NCBI GenBank assembly: GCA_963819655.1
Contig: CAWFXA010000002.1
Coordinates: 1,408,001 to 1,472,000 of the forward strand
Reading direction: 5' to 3'
Length of the DNA: 64,000 nucleotides
Source of the DNA: an uncultured Chloroflexia bacterium
Lineage (GTDB): Bacteria > Chloroflexota > Limnocylindria > Limnocylindrales > CSP1-4
Part shown: positions 1 to 9,181 of the stretch, in pieces
Position numbering within the stretch: the stretch's first letter is position 1
How the letters are laid out: each line of letters starts with the position of its first letter
The notes under the pieces: generated by a model
What the model was told of the DNA's origin: nothing
The model's input: the letters and a program-made list of their open reading frames with translations, nothing else
The model's database searches: none
Translations under genes and position numbers: made by a program

Positions 1-2
1 GC

Positions 3-380
3 GTCGGCGCGGCCCAGGGCGCCAAGCTCGAAGCCGCCGGGGTTCGCACGACGGACGAGCTGCTGGAGCGCGGCGCGACGCGCAGCGGCCGCGAGGAGCT
101 CGCCGCGGCGACCGGCATCAGCCCGAAGTCGATCCTCGAGTGGGTCAACATCGTCGACCTGTACCGGATCGATGGCGTCGGGTCGGAGTTCTCCGACCTG
201 CTGGAGGCCGCCGCGGTCGACACCATCGCGGAGCTGGCCCAGCGCAACGCGAAGAACCTCGCCGAGACGTTCGCCGAGCTCGACATGGCACGCAACACCG
301 TCCGCCGGATCCCGTCCGAGACCGAGGTCCAGGGCTGGATCGATCAGGCGAAGGCCCTGCCCCGCATCGTCGAGTACTGA
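3..380 (+). CDS. DUF4332 family helix-hairpin-helix protein (5' truncated by window edge)
   Basis: Manual translation of frame 3: VGAAQGAKLEAAGVRTTDELLERGATRSGREELAAATGI...WVNIVDLYRIDGVGSEFSDLLEAAAVDTIAELAQRN...PSETEVQGWIDQAKALPRIVEY*; matches the DUF4332 pattern. Absent from the ORF track because the start lies upstream. Confidence 0.85.
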   Translation, partial: VGAAQGAKLEAAGVRTTDELLERGATRSGREELAAATGISPKSILEWVNIVDLYRIDGVGSEFSDLLEAAAVDTIAELAQRNAKNLAETFAELDMARNTVRRIPSETEVQGWIDQAKALPRIVEY

Positions 381-436
381 GGCCTGGTCCCAGCGCTTCT
401 TTGGTCGAGGGTGAGGGAGGGAAGCATCCCCCGGCA

Positions 437-551
437 CACTCCCTCGACATGCGCCGGGCGCATACGAACAAAGGAGAAGCGGGGCCGCGGGAGGCGGCGC
501 TGCCGCGCGCCACAGCGTGCCCACATTCACCTGGTGAATGACGAGGGAGTG
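437..551. repeat. Intergenic inverted-repeat element, family A copy 1
   Basis: Left arm CACTCCCTCGAC-ATGCGCCGGGCGCAT and right arm CATTCACCTGGTGAATG-ACGAGGGAGTG; the same termini recur at 62935-63103. Confidence 0.75.
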
Positions 552-586
552 CTCTGACGAGCAGCGCGCCCGGTGCGGCAAACCGA

Positions 587-611
587 ACTTTGTCCGGCCT
601 ATTGACAAAGT
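587..611. promoter_or_regulatory. ROK-family operator 1, overlapping the -35 box
   Basis: Perfect palindrome ACTTTGTC-N9-GACAAAGT (25 bp, XylR/ROK-like geometry); contains TTGACA at 602-607. Confidence 0.8.
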
Positions 612-629
612 AGCGGTGACGGGTAGGAT
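602..629 (+). promoter_or_regulatory. Sigma70-type promoter of the sugar operon
   Basis: TTGACA (602-607), 16-nt spacer, TAGGAT (624-629). Confidence 0.7.
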
Positions 630-631
630 GC

Positions 632-656
632 CCTTTGTCCACTCACCGGACGAAGT
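632..656. promoter_or_regulatory. ROK-family operator 2, at the predicted transcription start
   Basis: cCTTTGTC-N9-GACGAAGT, two mismatches to the arms of operator 1. Confidence 0.7.
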
Positions 657-667
657 CCGTGAGGGGC

Positions 668-1849
668 GTGGCAGGAGGGGCCAGAGCACCGCCCGTGGCA
701 CGCACCGAGTTCCCGGCCAAGGCGACCCACGCACAGACGCGCGCACACAATGCGGCGCTCGTCCTGCGGGCGCTGTACGACCTCGGCCCGATCTCGCGCG
801 CGGACGTCGCTCGGCTGACCGGCCTCACTAGGACCAGCGTCGGCGAACTTGTCAGCGACCTGGAGCAGGAAGGCCTGGCCATCGATGTCGGGCGCGGCCC
901 GAGCACCGGCGGCAAGCAGCCGACCCTCGTCGCCCTGAACGCCGGGGCGCGAACGGTCATCACCCTCGACCTCGGCGAGCGGACCTTCACCGCGGCCCTG
1001 GCCAACCTCCGCGGCGAGATCGCCGCGCGCGTGAGCCGGGACCTCGACGGGCGCGATGGGGACGAGGCCGTCCAGGTCGTGCACGAGCTCATCGATGAAG
1101 TCCGTGCCGCGGCGACCAGCCCGATCCTCGGCATCGGCGTGGGCACCCCCGGCATCGTCGACCAGACCGGCACGATCCGCTGGGCCGTCAGCCTCGACTG
1201 GCAGGACCTGCCGCTCGCGCGGATCCTCCAGGAACGACACGACCTCCCGACTGTCGTCGCCAATGACAGCCGCGCCGCGGCCTTTGCGACCTACCTGTTC
1301 AGCGGCGATGAGCGCCCGGCGAACCTGGTCGTGGTCAAGGTCGGGCGCGGCATCGGCGCGGGCCTCGTCCTGAGGGACCAGCTGTTCGGTGGCGACGGGG
1401 AGGCGGCCGGTGAGATCGGCCACGTCGTCGTCGATCCCGACGGCGTCGAGTGCCACTGCGGCCGCTTCGGCTGCCTCGAGACCGTGGCGAGTGCCCCCGC
1501 GATCCTGCGCGCCAGCGGCGCCGCAAGCCTGGACGAGTTGGCTGACAAGGCCGCCGCTGGCGACCCCGATGCGCTGAGCGTCGTCCGGACCGCCGGCCGA
1601 GCAGTCGGTGGGGCGATCGCCCACCTGGTCGGAGCGCTCGACGTCCGCCGCATCACGCTGGTCGGCACGGTCACCGCCCTCGGCGAGCCATGGCTGGCCG
1701 CCGTCCGCGAGGAAGCCACGCGACGGAGCCTGGCCGCGACCGGCCGCCCCACCACCATCCTCGATGGCGGGACCGGCGAGGACGTGACGCTCCTCGGGGC
1801 CTGCGCGCTGCTGCTGACGCGCGAGCTCGGGCTGACGGTGCATCGATGA
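668..1849 (+). CDS. ROK family transcriptional repressor (NagC/XylR-like)
   Basis: N-terminal wHTH (ISRADVARLTGLTRTSVGELV), GEIGH and CHCGRFGCLE ROK motifs. Start GTG 668 or 695; the TTG at 635 lies within operator 2. Confidence 0.9.
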   Translation: MAGGARAPPVARTEFPAKATHAQTRAHNAALVLRALYDLGPISRADVARLTGLTRTSVGELVSDLEQEGLAIDVGRGPSTGGKQPTLVALNAGARTVITLDLGERTFTAALANLRGEIAARVSRDLDGRDGDEAVQVVHELIDEVRAAATSPILGIGVGTPGIVDQTGTIRWAVSLDWQDLPLARILQERHDLPTVVANDSRAAAFATYLFSGDERPANLVVVKVGRGIGAGLVLRDQLFGGDGEAAGEIGHVVVDPDGVECHCGRFGCLETVASAPAILRASGAASLDELADKAAAGDPDALSVVRTAGRAVGGAIAHLVGALDVRRITLVGTVTALGEPWLAAVREEATRRSLAATGRPTTILDGGTGEDVTLLGACALLLTRELGLTVHR

Positions 1850-2826
1850 TCGAGCCGCTCGATCGCCACGATCCGCTCGATGGCCACCGCCCGGGTCCCG
1901 TCGCAGGCATCGATATCGGTGGCACAAAGATCGCAACGCTCATCGTCGACTCCGACGGCGCCGTCCTCGGTCGTGCGACCCACGCCTCCTCCGTGGGTGA
2001 CCAGGGCGGCGCCGTCCTCGCCATCGCCGCCTGCCTGGATGACGCGCTCGGCAGCGCCGGCCTCAGGCGCGTGGACCTTGTGGCGATCGGTGTCGGCGTC
2101 CCGGGCCGCGTCGACCCGAAGCGCGGCCACGTGACCCTCGCGGTGAACCTCGGCTGGACCGACTTCGCGTTGCGGGACGCGCTGGAGCTCGAGCTCGGGC
2201 TTCCGGTCGTCATCGAGAACGACGTCCGTGCCGCCGCAATCGGCCTGCACGAACGTGGCGTCGTCGGTGACACCAACGACCTCGCCTATCTCGCGGTCGG
2301 TACCGGTATCGCGGCCGGTGTCGTGCTCGACGGTCGACTCCATCGCGGTGCCCGCGGCCTTGCCGGCGAGATCGGCCACGCCATCGTCGATACCGACGGC
2401 CCGCGCTGCGTCTGCGGCCAGCAGGGTTGCCTCGAGGCGTTCGCCTCCGGACCCTCGATCGCCCGGCGCGCGGGCGCGCCCTCCGCCAAGGCGGTCTACG
2501 ACGCGGCCGTGTCCGGCGATCCGGCCGCCACCGAACTCATCGACGACGTCGGGCGACGCCTCGCCTGGGCGATCCACACGCTGGTCATGACCTACGACGT
2601 CCAGCGCGTCGTGGTCGGCGGCGGCGTGTCCCATGCCGGTACGCCGTTCGAGGCCCCGCTGCGTCGGGAGCTCGCGCGCTTGCGTGCCGCGTCGGATCTG
2701 GCCGGGGAGCTCTTGCCGGCCGACATCGTCGATGTCCTGCCACCGGAAGCCGAAGCCGGCGCATGGGGCGCCGTCGCCGTGGCGAGGACCACCTACCAGG
2801 GATCGGAGGTGGTGAGCCACGCCTGA
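1846..2826 (+). CDS. ROK family sugar kinase (glucokinase/GlcNAc kinase-like)
   Basis: GIDIGGTK ATP-binding motif, ENDVRAAA, GEIGH, CVCGQQGCLE; ATGA overlap with the upstream stop. Confidence 0.9.
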   Translation: MIEPLDRHDPLDGHRPGPVAGIDIGGTKIATLIVDSDGAVLGRATHASSVGDQGGAVLAIAACLDDALGSAGLRRVDLVAIGVGVPGRVDPKRGHVTLAVNLGWTDFALRDALELELGLPVVIENDVRAAAIGLHERGVVGDTNDLAYLAVGTGIAAGVVLDGRLHRGARGLAGEIGHAIVDTDGPRCVCGQQGCLEAFASGPSIARRAGAPSAKAVYDAAVSGDPAATELIDDVGRRLAWAIHTLVMTYDVQRVVVGGGVSHAGTPFEAPLRRELARLRAASDLAGELLPADIVDVLPPEAEAGAWGAVAVARTTYQGSEVVSHA

Positions 2827-2893
2827 CCCGATCCAGCGAATCCGTTGGCAACGCCACACAACGACCGGACGGAAGAAGCTTCAAGGAGGAGCG

Positions 2894-4288
2894 ATGGACA
2901 CGAAGACGAAGAAGTACCTCGGGTTGCTGCTGGGGGCGATGTTCGCCATCTCGGCATGCACCGGGACCACCCAATCTGCCGCGCCCGCGTCGCAGGCAGC
3001 CCCGAGTGCCGAGGCCAGCGTGGCCCCGAGCACCCCCGCCGAATCGGCCTCGCCGAGCCCGCTGGCAGTCGACCCGGCCGAAGCGGTCATCCAGAACGTC
3101 GAACCGAACGCCGAGATCGGCCTCTGGACGTTCTGGCTGTCGCCGACGTTCGACGGCTGGATCAAGGACGCGATCACCCGGTTCGAAGGGACGTACCCGG
3201 GCGTCAAGGTCAACTGGGAAGATCATCAGGCGACCTTCCAGGACGACCTCAAGAACTCGTTCGCGGCCGGCAACGCCCCGGACGTTATCAACCTGTCGGT
3301 CGGCGAGGGCTGGGTGTCCGACTACGCCACCCGCGACCTGCTGCTCGAGCTCGACAGCCGCGTCCCGGCCGAGGTCAAGGACATCTACTTCGACGGTCTG
3401 TGGAAGGCCCAGAACGTCGACGGCAAGAACTTCCAGTTCCCGTTCTATCAGGGCGTCAGCGTGGAGCTGATCAACACGCGCCACTTCGAGACCGCCGGTC
3501 TCGACCCCGCGGCGTTCCCGAAGACCGTCGCGGAGCTGCCGGCCTTGTGCGCCACGCTCAAGGAAAAGGCCAGCGTCGTGTGCGACCTGCGCCTGACCGT
3601 CAACGACCTCCTCGCGCAGATGGTGTACGAGGGCGACGTCGACGTGCTGTCGGCCGACGGCAGTGCCTTCACCTTCGATTCGCCCGCTGCGGTCGAATGG
3701 CTCCAGATGTATGTCGATATGGTCGCCGCCGGCACCGTCGACAATGCCGCGTTGACCACCCCTGACGATCGCGTCGGGCTGCTGATCTTCTCGGCCGGGC
3801 AGGCGCCGTTCTACCAGACCGGCCCCAACCTGATCCGCGAGGTCAAGTCGAACAACGCATCTCTGTATGAGGACCTCGCGGTCGTGCCGGCTCCTGTCGG
3901 CAAGTCCGGAGTCCTCGGCAAGGGCCTGATGGGCATGTCCGTCAAGGCCGACACGAAGTTCCCCAACGCGTCCATCGCGCTGGCCCAGTTCTTCACGAAC
4001 CCGCGCACCATGACCGAGCTCGCCAAGCAGTCGGCGGTCTATCCGTCGTCGGCCAAGGCGTTCGAGGACCCGTACTTCAGCACCACCACGGACCTGATCG
4101 AGGACAGCGTCCGACCCATCGCCGGCGAGACCATCGCCAAGTACGCTGACATCGTGCCGACGGTTCCGAACAAGGCCGACGTCAACGCCATCGTTCTCAG
4201 CGCGGTCGAGAAGGCCCTGTTCGGCGGCGTGCCCGCCCAGCAGGCGCTGACGGATGCCGTCGCCGAGGCCAACAAGCTGCTCGACTAG
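2894..4288 (+). CDS. Carbohydrate ABC transporter substrate-binding lipoprotein
   Basis: AAGGAGG RBS, lipobox ISAC, Ala/Pro/Ser linker, SBP_bac_1-like AAGNAPDV motif; followed by two permeases. Confidence 0.9.
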   Translation: MDTKTKKYLGLLLGAMFAISACTGTTQSAAPASQAAPSAEASVAPSTPAESASPSPLAVDPAEAVIQNVEPNAEIGLWTFWLSPTFDGWIKDAITRFEGTYPGVKVNWEDHQATFQDDLKNSFAAGNAPDVINLSVGEGWVSDYATRDLLLELDSRVPAEVKDIYFDGLWKAQNVDGKNFQFPFYQGVSVELINTRHFETAGLDPAAFPKTVAELPALCATLKEKASVVCDLRLTVNDLLAQMVYEGDVDVLSADGSAFTFDSPAAVEWLQMYVDMVAAGTVDNAALTTPDDRVGLLIFSAGQAPFYQTGPNLIREVKSNNASLYEDLAVVPAPVGKSGVLGKGLMGMSVKADTKFPNASIALAQFFTNPRTMTELAKQSAVYPSSAKAFEDPYFSTTTDLIEDSVRPIAGETIAKYADIVPTVPNKADVNAIVLSAVEKALFGGVPAQQALTDAVAEANKLLD

Positions 4289-4304
4289 CGAGCTGCGTCC
4301 CCAA

Positions 4305-4341
4305 TCGGCCCGCCTCCCGTTCCCCCACGGAGGCGGGCCGA
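4305..4341 (+). other. Intercistronic stem-loop after the SBP gene
   Basis: TCGGCCCGCCTCC...GGAGGCGGGCCGA 13-bp stem with no U tract; typical mRNA-stabilising hairpin in sugar ABC operons. Confidence 0.6.
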
Positions 4342-4374
4342 ACCCTTGCCAAGGACCGACAAGGATCTGACCCG

Positions 4375-5256
4375 ATGATCGGCAATCGACGCGCGACGCC
4401 GTACCTGTTCCTTCTCCCAGCCCTCGTCCTGCTCGGCGTGTTCGTGTTCTATCCGATCGTCGCCGTCTTCTGGTTCAGCCTCACCGACTACGACATCGTC
4501 CGGCCGCCGGTCTTCGTCGGCCTCGACAACTTCGCGCGCCTGCTCGACGACGACACGTTCAAGCTCGCGTTGGTGCACTCATTCGTCTACCTGCTCGTGA
4601 CGCCGATCCTCATCGTCCTGTCGATCTGCCTCGCGATCATCGTCAACCGGAAGCTGCGCGGGATGCACATCTACCGCGCGCTCTACTTCGTGCCGGCGAT
4701 CAGCGGCAGCATCGCGATCGGGCTGTCGTGGCGCTGGCTGTTCGACCGGAGCGGGTTCATCAACTCGATCCTCCAGTCGTGGGGTGTCATCGATGAGCCC
4801 GTCCAGTGGCTGGCGACGCCCGCGTTGGTCCTGCCGATCGCGATGATGCTCACGATCTGGGCGGGCATCGGCTACTACTCGGTGATCTTCCTGGCCGGGC
4901 TGCAGAACGTGCCCGAGGAGCTGTACGACGCCGCCCGCATCGACGGCTGCAACGACTTCCAGAAGCATCGCTACGTCAGCATCCCGGCGCTGCGGCCACA
5001 GATCGTGTTCGTGGCAGTCATCTCGAGCCTTGCCGCGCTGAAGGTCTTCGACGAGATCTACGTCCTGACGAACCGGACCGGCGGCATCCTCGACAGCGGC
5101 GTGACGATGGTCTTCTACCTGTGGGAGCAGGCGTTCCAGCGGAGCAATGCCGGATACGCGTCAGCGATCGCCATCGTGCTGCTGGTCATCACGCTCGGGT
5201 TCTCGATCGTCAACGTCCGCTTGCTCGAGCGCGGCGCCGTGGGTGAGGGCCGATGA
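4375..5256 (+). CDS. Carbohydrate ABC transporter permease (MalF/UgpA-like)
   Basis: Multiple TM helices; EAA motif ELYDAARIDG. Confidence 0.93.
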   Translation: MIGNRRATPYLFLLPALVLLGVFVFYPIVAVFWFSLTDYDIVRPPVFVGLDNFARLLDDDTFKLALVHSFVYLLVTPILIVLSICLAIIVNRKLRGMHIYRALYFVPAISGSIAIGLSWRWLFDRSGFINSILQSWGVIDEPVQWLATPALVLPIAMMLTIWAGIGYYSVIFLAGLQNVPEELYDAARIDGCNDFQKHRYVSIPALRPQIVFVAVISSLAALKVFDEIYVLTNRTGGILDSGVTMVFYLWEQAFQRSNAGYASAIAIVLLVITLGFSIVNVRLLERGAVGEGR

Positions 5257-6140
5257 GCGCCACGACCATGGCGGATATCCGGGTCGCCGAGCGGTCCCGC
5301 CGACGCTCTGACCGGCCGGGCCGCTGGCTACGCGGCGGTGCGTGGTACCTCGTGCTGAGCGCGCTGGCGTTCATCACGGTCTTCCCCTTCGCCTGGATGT
5401 TCCTGACGTCGATCAAGGGCCCGACCGACGCGATCACCTCGGTACCGCCGCAGTTCCTGCCGAACGACCCGACGATCGCGAACTACCTCAAGGTCTGGGA
5501 CACACTGCCGATTCCTGCGTACTTCCTGAACTCGACGACCGTGGCGGTGGCGACCGGTCTCTTGAACGTGCTGGTCGCCGCGATGGCGGCCTATCCGCTG
5601 GCCAAGATGCGGTTCGCCGGTCGGGACTTCGTGTTCTACCTGCTGCTCGCGACGCTGATCGTGCCGGCCCAGCTGACCTACATCCCGAGCTTCATCCTCG
5701 CCGTCAACGTCTTCCACTACTACGACTCGCTGCCGGCGCTCATCCTCCCGAACATCGTCAGTGCCTTCAACATCTTCCTGCTGCGCCAGGCCTTCCGGGG
5801 CGTGCCCAATGACCTTGTGGACGCGGCCCGCGTCGACGGCGCCGGGGAGTGGCGGATCTGGTGGTCGATCCTGCTGCCGATCGTGCGCCCGTCGCTTGCC
5901 GCCGTGGCGATCTTCACGTTCGTCACGTCGTGGAACGACTTCCTGTGGCCGTCGCTGATGCTGCACACGCCGGAGGGGATGACGCTGCCGGTCGGGCTCG
6001 CGGCGCTGCAGGGGTTCTTCGCGTCCGATTCCCGCTCGATCGCGGCGGGGGTCACGATCACGGTCGTGCCGATCCTGCTGTTCTTCGTCGTCGTGCAGCG
6101 CTACTTCGTGCGCGGGCTGTCGGGGGCCGTCAAGGGATGA
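5253..6140 (+). CDS. Carbohydrate ABC transporter permease (MalG/UgpE-like)
   Basis: TM helices; DLVDAARVDGAGE EAA motif, WNDFLWP. Confidence 0.93.
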   Translation: MSATTMADIRVAERSRRRSDRPGRWLRGGAWYLVLSALAFITVFPFAWMFLTSIKGPTDAITSVPPQFLPNDPTIANYLKVWDTLPIPAYFLNSTTVAVATGLLNVLVAAMAAYPLAKMRFAGRDFVFYLLLATLIVPAQLTYIPSFILAVNVFHYYDSLPALILPNIVSAFNIFLLRQAFRGVPNDLVDAARVDGAGEWRIWWSILLPIVRPSLAAVAIFTFVTSWNDFLWPSLMLHTPEGMTLPVGLAALQGFFASDSRSIAAGVTITVVPILLFFVVVQRYFVRGLSGAVKG

Positions 6141-6147
6141 TGCCCGG

Positions 6148-7785
6148 GTGACCGAGGCGATCCTCTCGAGGGTGATGCTCGCGTTCGAGGGGGAGGTGCT
6201 GCCGGAGTCGGTGGCGCGTCGGTTGGCTGGTGGACCGGTGGCGGGGGTGACGTTGTTCCGGCACCACAACGTGCGGACGCCGGGACAGGTCCGGGGGCTG
6301 ACCGATGCGGTGCAGGCGGCGGCGCGTGCCGGTTCTCCGGCTGGTGGCGTCGCCGGTTCCACGGCTCGTGGCGTCGCTGGCTCCCCATCGTCGCCGATCC
6401 TCGTCGGCGCCGACCAGGAGGGCGGGCAGTTCATCGCTCTGGGCGACGGCTCGACGCCGTTCGCCGGCAACATGGCCCTCGGCGCGGTCGACGACGAGGT
6501 GCTGACCGAGCGCGTGGGTCGCGCGATCGGCGCCGAGGCGCGGGCGATGGGCGTCAACGTCGTTTACGCGCCGGTGCTCGACATCGCGTCGAACCCTCCG
6601 AACCCGGCGCTCGGGATCAGGGCGTTCGGCGACGATCCGGCACTCGTCGCGCGGCACGGGGCGGCGATGGTGCGCGGTCTCCAGGCGGCCGGTGTGGCGG
6701 CAACTGTCAAGCACGCCCCGGGGGCTGGGGAGGCCGCCGCCGATCCGCACCATCGGCTCGCCACGGTCGGCGCCTCGCGCGCGACCCTTGACACGCGCGA
6801 GTTCGTGCCGTTCCGCGCGGCGTTCGCGGCGGGAGCCCGAATGGCGATGTCGGCGCATGTCGCATTGCCCGCCGTGACGGGTCGCGATGACCTGCCCTCG
6901 ACGTTGTCGCGGGCCGTGATGACCGACCTGCTGCGGCGCGATCTGGGCTTCGAGGGCGTGACGATCTCCGATGCGCTCGACATGGGCGCGCTCGCCCAGG
7001 GTCCCGACCAGGTGGTCGACGTGGTCGCGGCCGTGCGGGCCGGCGTCGACCTGCTGTTGTGCGGCGCGGATCCGGCCGCCATCGAGCGGATCGAGCGGAC
7101 GCTCGTCCAGGCGGCGCACCGCGGGCTGTTCGACGAGGCCGAGGTGGCCGGCACGGAACGTCGTGTTGCAGCTCTCCGGTCGTGGCTCGGCTCGGCCGGT
7201 CCAGCGCCGGATCTCGCCGTCGTCGGTGGCGCGGACCATCGGGCGCTCGCCGCGGAGCTCGGCGCGCGATCGATCACGCTGGTGCGCGATCTGGCCGGGC
7301 TCCTGCCGGTTCGCTGGGGCGCATACCGGCGCGTTCTCGCCGTCATGCCCCGACCGTCGGACCTCACCCCGGCCGACACCTCGTCGACGGTCGCGCCGAC
7401 CCTTGCGGCCGCCCTCCGTCGCTACCATGCGGACGTGGACGAGGTGGTGGTCGAGCCCGAGTCGAACGCGGGGGCTATCGCCGCGATCCGTGACCGCGCA
7501 CAGGCCGCGGATCTCGCGGTCGTCGGCACCATCGACGGGCACCGGCTCCGTTCCCAGATGGCGCTCGTCGACGCCGTCGCGTCGACCGCCACGCCGACGA
7601 TCGCGGTCGCGCTTCGTGGGCCGTGGGACGTGGCGGCCTATCCGGCGGGCGTGACGGCCCTGGCGACCTACTCGATCCTGCCGGGCTCCCTCGAGGCGCT
7701 GGCTGCGGTCCTCGCCGGGGAGGGCGTGGCGAGCGGCCGACTGCCGGTCAGCGTGGGGCAAGCCGCTGTCCTCGCCGATGCCTGA
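6148..7785 (+). CDS. Glycoside hydrolase family 3, beta-N-acetylhexosaminidase-like (two-domain NagZ type)
   Basis: DQEGG, APVLD, KHAPGAG...DPH, ISDALDM nucleophile motif, plus a C-terminal GH3 domain. Confidence 0.88.
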   Translation: MTEAILSRVMLAFEGEVLPESVARRLAGGPVAGVTLFRHHNVRTPGQVRGLTDAVQAAARAGSPAGGVAGSTARGVAGSPSSPILVGADQEGGQFIALGDGSTPFAGNMALGAVDDEVLTERVGRAIGAEARAMGVNVVYAPVLDIASNPPNPALGIRAFGDDPALVARHGAAMVRGLQAAGVAATVKHAPGAGEAAADPHHRLATVGASRATLDTREFVPFRAAFAAGARMAMSAHVALPAVTGRDDLPSTLSRAVMTDLLRRDLGFEGVTISDALDMGALAQGPDQVVDVVAAVRAGVDLLLCGADPAAIERIERTLVQAAHRGLFDEAEVAGTERRVAALRSWLGSAGPAPDLAVVGGADHRALAAELGARSITLVRDLAGLLPVRWGAYRRVLAVMPRPSDLTPADTSSTVAPTLAAALRRYHADVDEVVVEPESNAGAIAAIRDRAQAADLAVVGTIDGHRLRSQMALVDAVASTATPTIAVALRGPWDVAAYPAGVTALATYSILPGSLEALAAVLAGEGVASGRLPVSVGQAAVLADA

Positions 7786-7790
7786 CCGGA

Positions 7791-7966
7791 TACACCGCCA
7801 GATACTCGCCCGGGGAGTCTTGGGCAGGGTCCACGGCTCGTCACGGCCATGGCGGGCAGGTCGCGGAGATGATTCGTGCACGGCGACACGGCGAAACGAT
7901 CCGAATCGCGCTCGATCGGGCTGGATTGCTCGCCTAAGACTCCCACGGCGAGTTTTTGGCGGAGTA
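7791..7966. repeat. Intergenic inverted-repeat element, family C
   Basis: 35-bp arms: TACACCGCCAGATACTCGCCCGGGGAGTCTTGGGC (7791-7825) versus the reverse complement of 7932-7966, TACTCCGCCAAAAACTCGCCGTGGGAGTCTTAGGC. Confidence 0.75.
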
Positions 7967-7989
7967 GAGCGATCTGGCGGGCAACTCGC

Positions 7990-9027
7990 ATGACGCTCCG
8001 CGACGAGATCCTCGAACAGCCCGAGGTCGCGGCCCGCTTTCTGCGCCGCGCCCCCGAGGTCGTCGGACCGCTCGCCGACACGATCCGCGAGCGCGGGGTC
8101 GACCACGTCGTCATCGCCGCCCGCGGCACCAGCGACCATGCCGCGATCTACGCCCAGTACGTCCTCGGCGTCCGACATGCGCTGTCGGTCGGGTTGGGGA
8201 CGCCGTCGGTCATCTCCCTGTACGGAGCCCAGCCGCGGCTCGACCGCTCGCTCGTCATCGGGATCAGCCAGTCGGGCGCGTCGCCCGATGTCGTTGCGGT
8301 CATCGAACTCGGCCGCCGCCAGGGCGCCCCGACACTCGCGATCACGAACGAGCCGTCGTCGCCGCTGGCGCTGGCAGCCGAGACATCGATCGACCTCGGA
8401 GCCGGTCCGGAGCTGGCGGTCGCCGCGACCAAGACCTACACGACCGAGCTCCTGGCGATCGCCGCGTTGTCGGCGGCGATGACCGGCGAACCGGCCGACA
8501 GCGCGGCCCTCGTCGCGATCCCGGACGCGATGGCCGAGGCGCTCGTTCTCGAGCCCGACGTCGAGTCGATGGCGCGCGACCAGGCCGCGGCAGATCGCCT
8601 GCTCGTCATCGCGCGCGGGTACGAATATGCGACCGCGCGTGAGTGGGCGCTCAAGCTCAAGGAGCTGGCACGGGTCTTCGCTGACCCGTATTCCGCCGCC
8701 GACTTCGAGCACGGGCCGCTCGCCCTGCTCGAGCCTGGTGTCCCGGTCCTCGCGACCGTCCGGCCCGGCCCGACGGAGGCACCGCTCGTCGCGTTGCTCG
8801 AGCGATTGCGCGCCGAGCTCGACGCGGAGATCGCGGTCGTCTCCGATCGGCCGGCCGCGCTCGCGGTCGCGCGCTGGCCGTTCGCACTCGCGGAAGGAAC
8901 GCCGGAATGGCTCGGCCCGATCGTGTCGATCGTGATCGGCCAGCTCCACGCGCTCCATCTGACCAAGGCGCGTGGCCTCGATCCCGAGCGGCCGCGCAAT
9001 CTGAACAAGGTGACCCGCACGCGCTGA
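7990..9027 (+). CDS. Double-SIS domain protein (GlmS C-terminal-like; probable glucosamine-6-phosphate deaminase, NagB-II type)
   Basis: EILEQP, ARGTSDHA, SQSGAS, AVAATKTY, ALKLKE, HGP and the C-terminal PRNLNKVTRT motif. Confidence 0.88.
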   Translation: MTLRDEILEQPEVAARFLRRAPEVVGPLADTIRERGVDHVVIAARGTSDHAAIYAQYVLGVRHALSVGLGTPSVISLYGAQPRLDRSLVIGISQSGASPDVVAVIELGRRQGAPTLAITNEPSSPLALAAETSIDLGAGPELAVAATKTYTTELLAIAALSAAMTGEPADSAALVAIPDAMAEALVLEPDVESMARDQAAADRLLVIARGYEYATAREWALKLKELARVFADPYSAADFEHGPLALLEPGVPVLATVRPGPTEAPLVALLERLRAELDAEIAVVSDRPAALAVARWPFALAEGTPEWLGPIVSIVIGQLHALHLTKARGLDPERPRNLNKVTRTR

Positions 9028-9181
9028 ACGCGGGCTCGGAACTGCGGCGTGCGCCGATGCGTCGTGCATCCGATCGTCAGCCCGAGACGAATCCTGCGGT
9101 GACAACGGGCCACGCCGTTCCCCCGTCACGCGGGTTTCGGTCTTACACTGCGCCAACGACATCGAGAGACTCGGAGGGTCG

